A stretch of DNA of 32,000 nucleotides. Source: Thermoproteus tenax Kra 1 (GTDB taxonomy: Archaea; Thermoproteota; Thermoprotei; Thermoproteales; Thermoproteaceae). Location: positions 390,001 through 422,000 of the forward strand of contig NC_016070.1 in NCBI RefSeq assembly GCF_000253055.1. The letters run 5' to 3'. This document shows positions 1 to 8,043 of the stretch, piece after piece. Each line of letters starts with the position of its first letter. The first letter of the stretch is position 1. The translations under genes were made by a program, and so were the position numbers. Under the pieces are notes generated by a model, which was not told the DNA's origin, made no database searches, and saw only the letters and a list, made by a program, of their open reading frames with translations.

Positions 1-1452
1 ATAAAACTTGGTGATACTTCTAATATTAAGACATTTAAAGCAAAAATAGATCAAGTAAAGATACTGCACAATAGAGTAGGTCTCTCTCTGCCCCCGGATC
101 CCATGGGCCATATTAGGACGAGGATCAAGGAGGCTATTAAAAACAATAGAAATGTGAGAATGGCCATAGAGGTCTGCGTCCACTGCGGAGTCTGTCTCGA
201 TAACTGTCCCACGTATGTACGAACTAAGGATATCTATAACTCGCCGGTGGGCCGCGCCGAGCTCATAAGAGCTTTTCTGAAGGCGGATTCAGTCAGCGGA
301 AGGCTCTTCGGCAAGGCTGTCGGCGCAGTCAAACTCACTGAGGAGTACCTCGAGAAGATCTATACATATTATTATCAATGTCTGGAGTGTAGAAAATGTG
401 CATATTCATGTCCCTTCGGCATCGATCAAGCAGACGTCACAAGGCTAGTGAGGGAGATAATGTACGAGGCCGGCATAGTATCGCGCTACGTGGCGACAGT
501 GATAGACGCAGTGGAGAGGACTGGGACCAACTTAGGCATGAAACCTGTGGCCGTTATCAAATCCATCACCTTCGCAGCTGGGGAGATTAAGGAGGAGAAA
601 AAAGTCGACGTAATATATTACATCTACCGAGATGATACAAACGAGCTCAAGAAGTATATCGGCGACAAGGAGGTGGCATCTTGGAAGCTCGACGCCGTGC
701 CGCCCGATGAGAGGCCAGAGGCCCTTTTGGTACCGCCCTCCGCAGATTTCTTTACTAACATAGAGACTCTTAAGGGGTATATGCTGTTCCTCCATCTTAT
801 CGGCGTTAAGTATGCCTTTTCTACGGAGATGGCCGAGTTGGCAAACTTCGGTCTGTTTGTCAGCGAGAGACACCTCCACTATATAGGCATGAAGGTAGTT
901 AACGCCGCTCTTAAACTGGGGGTGAAGACAGTGATAGCGGGCGAGTGCGGCCACGGATGGAGGGCGTTCAAGAACTACACGGGCCCAGAGCTTGAAAGAA
1001 GGGGCATGAAGACGCTACACATATTCCATCTAGTGATAGATGCTATAAAGAGGGGGGCGATAAAGCTCAACCCCGACGCCAACGGCGATATAGTATACAC
1101 CTTCCAAGACTCGTGCAACTACGCGAGAGGCGGAGACTTGACGGAGGAGCCCCGATTCATTATGAGACACGTGGTTAAGAAGTACACAGAAAGTCCGCAC
1201 AATAGGGAAAAAACGTGGTGTTGTGGAGGCGGAGGCGGCTTATTGACCGACGAGCTTCTTCCTCTAAGAATACAATATGCCAAAAATTGGTATGAAGATG
1301 CGCTACAGGTCGGAGCGAGCCACGTCGTGAGGGCCTGCGCCATCTGCAAAGCTCAATTAAGCCATACGATCCCATATTTGAATAAAGAGTATAAAAGAGA
1401 GATCACATACAGCGGCCTAATGGACTTAGTCTATAGGGCCCTCGTCGTCTAA
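1..1452 (+). CDS. DsrK/HdrD-like iron-sulfur protein (5' end outside the window)
   Basis: Two 4Fe-4S motifs (CVHCGVCLDNCPTY, CLECRKCAYSCPFG) and a C-terminal CCG-type domain (DSCNYARGG...CCGGGGGLL...CAICKAQLSHT). The same frame is open without a stop from base 1 (IKLGDTSNIKTFKAKIDQVKILHNRVGLSLPPDPMGHI...), so ATG 103 is probably internal. Confidence 0.85.
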   Translation: MKLGDTSNIKTFKAKIDQVKILHNRVGLSLPPDPMGHIRTRIKEAIKNNRNVRMAIEVCVHCGVCLDNCPTYVRTKDIYNSPVGRAELIRAFLKADSVSGRLFGKAVGAVKLTEEYLEKIYTYYYQCLECRKCAYSCPFGIDQADVTRLVREIMYEAGIVSRYVATVIDAVERTGTNLGMKPVAVIKSITFAAGEIKEEKKVDVIYYIYRDDTNELKKYIGDKEVASWKLDAVPPDERPEALLVPPSADFFTNIETLKGYMLFLHLIGVKYAFSTEMAELANFGLFVSERHLHYIGMKVVNAALKLGVKTVIAGECGHGWRAFKNYTGPELERRGMKTLHIFHLVIDAIKRGAIKLNPDANGDIVYTFQDSCNYARGGDLTEEPRFIMRHVVKKYTESPHNREKTWCCGGGGGLLTDELLPLRIQYAKNWYEDALQVGASHVVRACAICKAQLSHTIPYLNKEYKREITYSGLMDLVYRALVV

Positions 1453-1784
1453 GGTTTTACATAAATATAACCTTGTTTGACCAATTCAACTATTTTTACG
1501 ATGCCTGCTGGAACTATCTCGGCGTTTTCGTGGACGTCGCGGGGGTCTATCCCGAGGTTTCTGAGGGAGTTGTTACACACATAGAACTTTACGCCACGCC
1601 TCGCGAGGGCGGCTATCCTTTCTCTAAACGGCGAGCCCTTGACCATGTGCTTCACCGCCAGTCCGTTCGCCACGACGGCTATATCGGCGTTTCCCACTGC
1701 GGCCAAGAAGTTCTCCGCATTTGAGAGAGCGATGGAGAGAGGGACCGGATCGTCGCTATCAACGTGCAACAGCAGTTTCTCCAT
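1449..1784 (-). CDS. DsrE/DsrF-family sulfur-relay protein
   Basis: 111 aa alpha/beta protein with conserved-type Cys (RRGVKFYVCNNSLRNLGI...VVPAGIVKIVELVKQGY-like ending). Stop codon overlaps the stop of the convergent Fe-S protein gene. Confidence 0.8.
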   Translation of the reverse strand: MEKLLLHVDSDDPVPLSIALSNAENFLAAVGNADIAVVANGLAVKHMVKGSPFRERIAALARRGVKFYVCNNSLRNLGIDPRDVHENAEIVPAGIVKIVELVKQGYIYVKP

Positions 1785-1830
1785 GAGATTGTGTCACAAT
1801 AAAAATTCTAGCTCTGTCTCCAGAGCGAGA

Positions 1831-2079
1831 TCATAAAACTATAACTGGAAGGCCAGCGCACCTCTCTAAAAACGACAGAGGGCCGGCCGAGCCAAAGCCC
1901 GGCGGGACTTGTATTGGAATATATGTACAAATGCGGACCTCGCCTAGCCTTCTTAGCCTTTCGCCATGCCTCAAGAGACCTCTCCCTCTATACGCCAGAT
2001 AGATAACGTCGGGGGATAGAGCTTCGAGAACCTTTAGCACTCTGTCGTCATCTGATAGAACCAACGCGCATAGTCTCAT
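1831..2079 (-). CDS. Uncharacterised 82-aa protein in the TusA/DsrE operon
   Basis: ORF starts inside the stop of the upstream TusA-like gene (ATGA overlap), which suggests translational coupling. No family recognised. Confidence 0.6.
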   Translation of the reverse strand: MRLCALVLSDDDRVLKVLEALSPDVIYLAYRGRGLLRHGERLRRLGEVRICTYIPIQVPPGFGSAGPLSFLERCAGLPVIVL

Positions 2080-2306
2080 CTAGTTCTCCTTATCAGAAAC
2101 CTCATCCAACCATCGCCGACCTCCTCAAACGACAGAAGCTGGTTCTTAGTGAACCTGCACCACGCAGGTATATCGTCTCTGGCGCAAGCGTCATTGGTGA
2201 GCACCTCCAAGATGCCTCCCACCGGCACCTCATCTATCGCCCTTTTGAGCTCTATAGGGCTCAAGCAGTGGGCTCCAGATATTTTTATAGTTTTATATAC
2301 TTCCAT
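2076..2306 (-). CDS. TusA/SirA-like sulfurtransferase with atypical CLSP motif
   Basis: GAHCLSPIELKRAIDEVPVGGILEVLTNDACARDDIPAWCRFTKNQLL aligns by eye with the TusA pattern (CPxP...LEVLATDP...DIPAFC). An A/T-rich TATA region lies just upstream of the start. Confidence 0.75.
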   Translation of the reverse strand: MEVYKTIKISGAHCLSPIELKRAIDEVPVGGILEVLTNDACARDDIPAWCRFTKNQLLSFEEVGDGWMRFLIRRTR

Positions 2307-2424
2307 AGACTTTTGTTTATATATATAAATTTAAAAATTATTAACGACTCAGTGTTAGTACCGTCTTTATGCGAGGGCTTCCGAGCCGCCGGGCGCGCGG
2401 AGGTCCGCAAAGATGGCGTTAGAG

Positions 2425-2432
2425 TTATATAT
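2425..2432 (+). promoter_or_regulatory. TATA box for the phosphodiesterase gene
   Basis: TTATATAT begins 27 nt upstream of in-frame GTG 2452, the spacing expected for a leaderless archaeal transcript. It lies inside the longer ORF drawn from ATG 2413. Confidence 0.6.
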
Positions 2433-2451
2433 GGAATTTAGCCGGCTAAGC

Positions 2452-2955
2452 GTGTATATAGGCGTTATCTCTGACACACACGACGATGCGAGGGCCGTGA
2501 GGGCCGCGGGGGAGGCCTTTAGGAGGGCCGGAGTAGCCGCCGTTGTACATGCGGGCGACTGGACGTCGCCCTTCAGCATGCTGAAGCTGAGGAGGGCCCT
2601 CGGAGAGGGCGTGCCTATCTACACCGTCTTTGGCAACAACGATGGGGATAGATACACCGCGGCCAAAAGGGCGGCCGACGCTGGTGTGGAGGTGTTGGGC
2701 GAGGCCGGCATTATAGTACTGGGCGGACGGAAGATAGGAGTATATCACGGCACGGCTCTACTGTTGGTAGAGGCTATGGCTAAATCTGGGATGTTCGACG
2801 TAGTGATATACGGCCACACCCACAGAGTCGACATCAGAAGGGTCAATGGCACGTTGGTGGTGAACCCCGGCGAGGCTTGCGGGTGCGCCGAGGAGAAAAA
2901 GACGGCGGCTTTGCTCAATTTGAACACTCTCGAGGTCGAGCTTCTGGACCTCTGA
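2452..2955 (+). CDS. Calcineurin-like phosphoesterase, YfcE/MJ0936-type
   Basis: VYIGVISDTHDD...VVHAGDWTS...VFGNNDGDR...GKIGVYHGT-like...VIYGHTHRVDI...VVNPGEACG, the full metallophosphoesterase motif set. Start revised from 2413 to GTG 2452. Confidence 0.85.
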   Translation: MYIGVISDTHDDARAVRAAGEAFRRAGVAAVVHAGDWTSPFSMLKLRRALGEGVPIYTVFGNNDGDRYTAAKRAADAGVEVLGEAGIIVLGGRKIGVYHGTALLLVEAMAKSGMFDVVIYGHTHRVDIRRVNGTLVVNPGEACGCAEEKKTAALLNLNTLEVELLDL

Positions 2956-2957
2956 GG

Positions 2958-4838
2958 CTAGGGGAAAATGTGTATGACCGGCCTTGTGTACACCTCCCAA
3001 TTCCCGGTCTTCGGGTCGCGCCTGGCGTTGACGAAGACATGCCAGTTCTGTTCGTCCAGCGCCGGATGGTCTGCGTTGATATAGTAGCCGGGGAATCTGG
3101 TCTCCTTCCTATGCATCATGGATATCACTACAGCCCGCGCCACCAACAGCCTGTGGTAGAACTCCCAGACTCTCAACAGCTCGTGCAAACTGGCGGCCCC
3201 TGCGAATCTGAAGTCCTCCTCCAACATGCCCAGTAGCTCCCACGCTCTGTTCAACATATAGTCGTTCGTCAGATAGAACATCCCCCAACCTGCCGCATAC
3301 TCGTCCATAATCTTCTGGAGGCGCACCAACAATTGGTACCAGTTGAGGTAGTTGGGGTGTATCTCGAACCAGTTGGTCGTGTACGTCTCAGGCGTTGTGG
3401 TCAACGGCTTGTTCTTGTGATACCACTCTAGAGGTCTGAAGACGGTCTCCTTCATCCTCTCTATTGTGTCGTTGCTTATTGTAGGTTTGTAGTCTTTAGC
3501 CTGAGTGAGGACATATCTGGCAGCCGACTTGCCCGCTATCCTCCCCTCCGTTAAAGAGCCCGACGAGAACTTGTGGCCCGAGGCGCCCACGGTGTCGCCT
3601 GCGCCGAACAGCCCCTCCACAGTCAACATGCGGTTGGGCCCCCACTTGTACTCAGAGGGCGCTATGTCCGCAGGGCCCGAGGCCCACATTCCGCTGGGAG
3701 AGGCGTGGCTGCCTTGGACGTAGGGCTCGGTGGGCACTAGCTCGGAGGGCCTCTTCTCTGGGTGGATGTTCTGGCCCGCCCAGAGGAACGCTTGAGTTGG
3801 AGTCATGTCCAAATAGTCCTCGAACAGCAAGTGTATGTCTTCGTCGGTCTTGAGTCTCTCCTGCGTCTGCATTATGTCGGGCCCTCTGCCGTCTCTCAAG
3901 TTTCTCTCGGTCACAAGCACTCTGAGCAAAGTGGGCGTCGGCTTTGCTTCCGCGTATTTGCCGTAAAGCTTCTTGAACTCCTCGCGGGCCTCGTCCGGCA
4001 GTGGCTCCCACTGTCTTCCGTAGACGTCCGTGGACCTCATCCTGAATAACAAATAGGGGAATCCGACGGGGCCGTAGCCGTCCTTAAATCTGACCACGAT
4101 CAGTCTGGCCTCCATTGAGGTCGTCTCTGCCCCCGCCATAATGGGTATGGCGTAGGCGCTGCCGGAGGCCCACGTGGGGTACCAAGTCCTGCCCAAGCCC
4201 TCCCCAGTGGACCTCGGCCTGTAGACCAAGGAGGCGCCGCCGGCCGCCACGATGACCGCCTTGGCTCTGAAGACGTAGAAGGTCCCGTCTCTGACCCCGA
4301 ACCCCACGACGCCGGCGATCCTGTTGGGCACCGTTTCGTCGAGCAGAGGATGTGTCACAAAGACTCTCTCGTAGATCTCGTCGGCGGACTTGGCGCAAGC
4401 CTCGGCGACGATGGCCTTATACGACTCGCCGTGTATCGGATGTTGCCATCTGCCCGTGCGCAGATACTTGCCCGTCTTCGGGTCCCTCCATATGGGGAGC
4501 CCCCACGAGTCTAAGAGTTTGACCGTCGACGTCATATGTCTAGCTATGTCGTAGACCAAATCCTCCCTCACTATTCCGAAGAACTCGTTGCGCACGTAGT
4601 AGACGAAGTCCTCAGGCTTGGGGTCGTCCGGCTCCTCCGTGAACGCGCCCAAGTTGACAGCAGATAGGCCCATGCCTACGGCGCCCGACTTCTCCAACTT
4701 GGCTTTCTCCACCAACGTGACCTTACACCTCCCTCTACACCAGTACTTCGCCTCGAAGACGGCGCCGCATCCGGCCATCCCGCCTCCCACGACCAAGATG
4801 TCGGTGTCTACTACCTTGGTGGGCGGATTGAGGGACAT
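2958..4838 (-). CDS. aprA: Adenylylsulfate reductase, alpha subunit
   Basis: Flavoprotein fold (DILVVGGGMAGCGAVFEAKYW) plus AprA-type segments (EKSGAVGMGLSAVN, HGESYKAIVAEA, GEGLGRTWYPTWASGSAYA, GLFGAGDTVGASGHKFSSGSLTEGRIAGKSAA). Adjacent to aprB. Confidence 0.95.
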   Translation of the reverse strand: MSLNPPTKVVDTDILVVGGGMAGCGAVFEAKYWCRGRCKVTLVEKAKLEKSGAVGMGLSAVNLGAFTEEPDDPKPEDFVYYVRNEFFGIVREDLVYDIARHMTSTVKLLDSWGLPIWRDPKTGKYLRTGRWQHPIHGESYKAIVAEACAKSADEIYERVFVTHPLLDETVPNRIAGVVGFGVRDGTFYVFRAKAVIVAAGGASLVYRPRSTGEGLGRTWYPTWASGSAYAIPIMAGAETTSMEARLIVVRFKDGYGPVGFPYLLFRMRSTDVYGRQWEPLPDEAREEFKKLYGKYAEAKPTPTLLRVLVTERNLRDGRGPDIMQTQERLKTDEDIHLLFEDYLDMTPTQAFLWAGQNIHPEKRPSELVPTEPYVQGSHASPSGMWASGPADIAPSEYKWGPNRMLTVEGLFGAGDTVGASGHKFSSGSLTEGRIAGKSAARYVLTQAKDYKPTISNDTIERMKETVFRPLEWYHKNKPLTTTPETYTTNWFEIHPNYLNWYQLLVRLQKIMDEYAAGWGMFYLTNDYMLNRAWELLGMLEEDFRFAGAASLHELLRVWEFYHRLLVARAVVISMMHRKETRFPGYYINADHPALDEQNWHVFVNARRDPKTGNWEVYTRPVIHIFP

Positions 4839-4839
4839 A

Positions 4840-5349
4840 TTACTTCCTCTTGTAGTGTTCTAGTATTTCGGGCGGAGGAGATGAGTATTGGGGCGGCCCC
4901 TTGTAATATTTCAACTCCTTCGGCCTCGGGAGCTCTCTGAAGCCTGTCCATTCTGGGCTGTCTTCACAACAGAGGAGCTCTGAATCTAAGTCGGACCTCT
5001 CCGGGAAGTCCTTTGCGCCCTTTGCGGAGCCCCACGGCGTCGTCCTTATGGGTATGGCGAAGTCCTTCACAGTTCCATCTCTGAAGACCAGTCTCCAATA
5101 TATCACGTTCTTTTTAGTGTCGCGGACTACCCCCACCTTTACGCCGAGCGGGACGAAATCTGCGTAGGGCCTCACATCCACAGCATGTTCAGGGCAGTAC
5201 TTGACGCAGTTCATGCACTCCGCGCAGCTGATAGGATCGGCGTTGAAAGCCTTTCTTGTCTTGGGGTTGAACTGCATGTTATCGGCGGGACATATATCGA
5301 CACATTTGCCGCAACCTTTACACAAAGAAGCATATACAAATGTTGGCAT
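4840..5349 (-). CDS. aprB: Adenylylsulfate reductase, beta subunit
   Basis: Two 4Fe-4S motifs (CKGCGKCVDICPADNM, CAECMNCVKYCPEHAVDV) and a tail typical of AprB. Sits one nt upstream of aprA. TTTATTAATA lies about 27 nt upstream of the ATG. Confidence 0.93.
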   Translation of the reverse strand: MPTFVYASLCKGCGKCVDICPADNMQFNPKTRKAFNADPISCAECMNCVKYCPEHAVDVRPYADFVPLGVKVGVVRDTKKNVIYWRLVFRDGTVKDFAIPIRTTPWGSAKGAKDFPERSDLDSELLCCEDSPEWTGFRELPRPKELKYYKGPPQYSSPPPEILEHYKRK

Positions 5350-5435
5350 AGAGAGAGATTATCCCGTATTAATAAACATTATGTATTCCAACCATTGAAG
5401 AATACTTTAATACCCTCTCTATCAAAAATCTCAAT

Positions 5436-6320
5436 ATGTCGCAAGTTATTTCATGTGGTTCATATCAGTGCATCGCCTCTCCAGTTGACTGGACAGCTAT
5501 CGACGTCCTAGCTTTTTTGACAGTAATTTGGATAATAGTGACGTTTATATACAAAGGTTTACGTCAGTATAAAGTTATGCGCTATCCTCAGATCCAGATG
5601 GTGATCCCATATGCCCGGTGGGAGGCAGCATTAGTAAAAGAGAAGCCGCCCATCAGAGCCGGCGCCGCCGTGAAATACTTCTTTGTTACATTGTTTAAAG
5701 ACGTATTGGCCATGGGCATACTGAAATGCGAGGCAGGTTTGACGGACGCCGAGATTGTGAGGACTGGGAAGGCCAAGAGGGCCGCCAAACTGATGATCGT
5801 GTGGGGCTTCATATTCGCCGCAATCTCTACTACGCTCGCCTATCTGACCTTCCCCCACAACGAGATAGTATTGAACCTCACGAACCCAGCCCGCGTGTTC
5901 GGCATGATCGGCGGCGTTCTGATGATAGTAGGCTCTCTGCTCTGGCTTTCAGTGAGATATAAGGAGGTGAACTACAGAGGCTGGTGGCATTGGTTGGGGG
6001 CTGAGTATCTGCCCTTCCTAGTCCTTCTGATAGGTATATCTGGCTTCGTGCTACAAGCTGCACTTTTGGCCTACGCGGCGTCTCCTGACAGTACGGCGGC
6101 CGTGGCCTTCTTGTGGTTTGCCGTACACCTCCACGCCATACCGGTGGCCCTCTTCTTCTGGGCCTTCTTCTGGACAAACGCAGACCACATAATCTACGCG
6201 TTCCTCTGGAGGATCCAGGAGTACGCAGACAAAGAAATAGCGGGCGCCATGACTAGGCTTCCGCCGACGAGTATACCTCCGCTCAATAAATCGGGCAAAG
6301 AAATACAGCCTGGCTATTAA
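5436..6320 (+). CDS. Polytopic membrane protein, NarI/DsrM/HmeC cytochrome-b-like (candidate quinone-linked partner)
   Basis: 294 aa with several hydrophobic helices. KAKRAAKLMIVWGFIFAAISTTLAYL resembles the WGF helix of the DsrM/HmeC family. Lies between divergent aprBA and downstream sat. Confidence 0.55.
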   Translation: MSQVISCGSYQCIASPVDWTAIDVLAFLTVIWIIVTFIYKGLRQYKVMRYPQIQMVIPYARWEAALVKEKPPIRAGAAVKYFFVTLFKDVLAMGILKCEAGLTDAEIVRTGKAKRAAKLMIVWGFIFAAISTTLAYLTFPHNEIVLNLTNPARVFGMIGGVLMIVGSLLWLSVRYKEVNYRGWWHWLGAEYLPFLVLLIGISGFVLQAALLAYAASPDSTAAVAFLWFAVHLHAIPVALFFWAFFWTNADHIIYAFLWRIQEYADKEIAGAMTRLPPTSIPPLNKSGKEIQPGY

Positions 6321-6355
6321 ATAAAAAGTTTTTAAATAGTGTATTTATATAAATT

Positions 6356-7702
6356 ATGCTAATTGAACCACATGGAGGAAAACTAGTTTATCAAGTGGCT
6401 GAGCCAGAGAAGGCGGCGGGGCTGCCGAGGCTCGAGATTAAGCCGACTCTGGGGCCCGACGGCGCCCCCATCAGGAACCCGTACCGCGAAGTTGTGTCGA
6501 TAGCAATGGGCTTCTTCAGCCCGGTGGATGGCTTTATGACTAGGAACGAGGTGGAGAGCGTCCTTAGGGAGAGGAGGCTTCTCAGCGGCTGGCTGTTCCC
6601 GTTCCCGCTTGTGTTCGACGTAGACGAGGAGGATCTGAGGAGGGCCGGCATTAAGGAGAAGGACGCAGTGGCGCTCACGCTGAAGGGCAAGCCCCTCGCC
6701 CTTATGCAGGTGGAGGAGATATACAAGCTGGGCGATAGGAAGGAGCTGGCCGACGCGGTCTTCGGCACGCCGGAGAAAAACGGGGAGGTGGTGAAGAGGA
6801 GGTTCGACGAGAAGCACCCCGGCTGGCTGATATACCGCTCTCTAAAGCCGGTGGCGCTCGCGGGGAAGGTCTGGCTGTTGGGCCAGCCCAAGTTCAGAGA
6901 GCCCTACTCCCGCTTCTGGATGCCGCCCGCCGCCTCCCGTAAATACATAGAGGGGAAGGGGTGGAAGATCGTGGTTGCCCACCAGACGAGGAACGTCCCC
7001 CACATAGGCCACGAGATGTTGATGAAGAGGGCTATGTTCGTAGCAGGAGGCGAGAGGCCCGGCGACGCCGTGTTGGTTAACGCCATAATTGGAGCCAAGA
7101 GGCCCGGCGACTATGTGGACGAGGCGATTCTGGAGGGCCACGAGGCTTTAAACAAGGCCGGCTACTTCCACCCTGACCGCCACGTGGTGACCATGACGCT
7201 GTGGGACATGCGCTATGGGAACCCGCTCGAGTCCCTTCTACACGGCATCATTAGGCAGAATATGGGGGCGACGCACCACATGTTCGGTCGCGACCACGCG
7301 GCGACGGGCGACTACTACGACCCCTACGCCACCCAGTACCTCTGGACTAGAGGCCTTCCGAGCTACGGCCTGAACGAGCCGCCCCATTTGACGGACAAGG
7401 GCTTGAAGATAAGGCCTGTCAACATGGGCGAGTTCGCATACTGTCCCAAGTGCGGCGAGTATACATACTTGGGGATGTCCTACGGCGGCTACAAGGAGGT
7501 CGCCCTCTGCGGCCACACGCCGGAGCGAATATCGGGCAGCTTCTTGAGGGGGCTCATAATAGAGGGGCTTCGGCCGCCCAAAGTAGTCATGAGGCCTGAG
7601 GTCTACGATATCATCGTTAAATGGTGGCGCGTCTACGGCTATCCCTTCGTCACCGATAAGTATCTTAAAATTAAAGAGGAACAACTGGAGATAGAGATAT
7701 GA
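6356..7702 (+). CDS. sat: Sulfate adenylyltransferase (ATP sulfurylase)
   Basis: VAHQTRNVPHIGHEMLMKRAMF (HxGH-type motif), NAIIGAKRPGDY, GRDHAATGDYYDPYATQ, and Zn-type CPKCGE...ALCGH. TATA (TTTTTAAATA) about 27 nt upstream. Confidence 0.96.
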   Translation: MLIEPHGGKLVYQVAEPEKAAGLPRLEIKPTLGPDGAPIRNPYREVVSIAMGFFSPVDGFMTRNEVESVLRERRLLSGWLFPFPLVFDVDEEDLRRAGIKEKDAVALTLKGKPLALMQVEEIYKLGDRKELADAVFGTPEKNGEVVKRRFDEKHPGWLIYRSLKPVALAGKVWLLGQPKFREPYSRFWMPPAASRKYIEGKGWKIVVAHQTRNVPHIGHEMLMKRAMFVAGGERPGDAVLVNAIIGAKRPGDYVDEAILEGHEALNKAGYFHPDRHVVTMTLWDMRYGNPLESLLHGIIRQNMGATHHMFGRDHAATGDYYDPYATQYLWTRGLPSYGLNEPPHLTDKGLKIRPVNMGEFAYCPKCGEYTYLGMSYGGYKEVALCGHTPERISGSFLRGLIIEGLRPPKVVMRPEVYDIIVKWWRVYGYPFVTDKYLKIKEEQLEIEI

Positions 7703-8043
7703 CGTACAAGATCGGCCTCTTGATAGATGAGAAGAGGTACGAGGCCATAAAGAACTTGCCGATCTCGGAGAGGCTGAAGTCGATGTTCGGAGGCGAGATA
7801 AAGATACTTGAGCTAGATGTTGACGACGATGTGGCCAAGAGGATACTGGCCGAGTTCCCAGCGGCCAGAGTGGACTCGAGGGGATTCTTGGAGGATCTGC
7901 CGGTGGCCTTCAAGAGGGCTCTCTTCGATGCCGTGGTCAAGACGGGCAGCGTGGGCAGAGAGGCCTTCGATGAAGTGTTCAGACATATAGAGGAGATAAG
8001 GGAGGCCGCCAAGCGCGAGAAAGAATACATTCCGCCGCCATGA
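7699..8043 (+). CDS. Uncharacterised protein translationally coupled to sat
   Basis: 114-aa ORF whose ATG overlaps the sat stop (4-nt overlap). It ends immediately before the convergent copA stop at 8044. No family recognised. Confidence 0.7.
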   Translation: MTYKIGLLIDEKRYEAIKNLPISERLKSMFGGEIKILELDVDDDVAKRILAEFPAARVDSRGFLEDLPVAFKRALFDAVVKTGSVGREAFDEVFRHIEEIREAAKREKEYIPPP

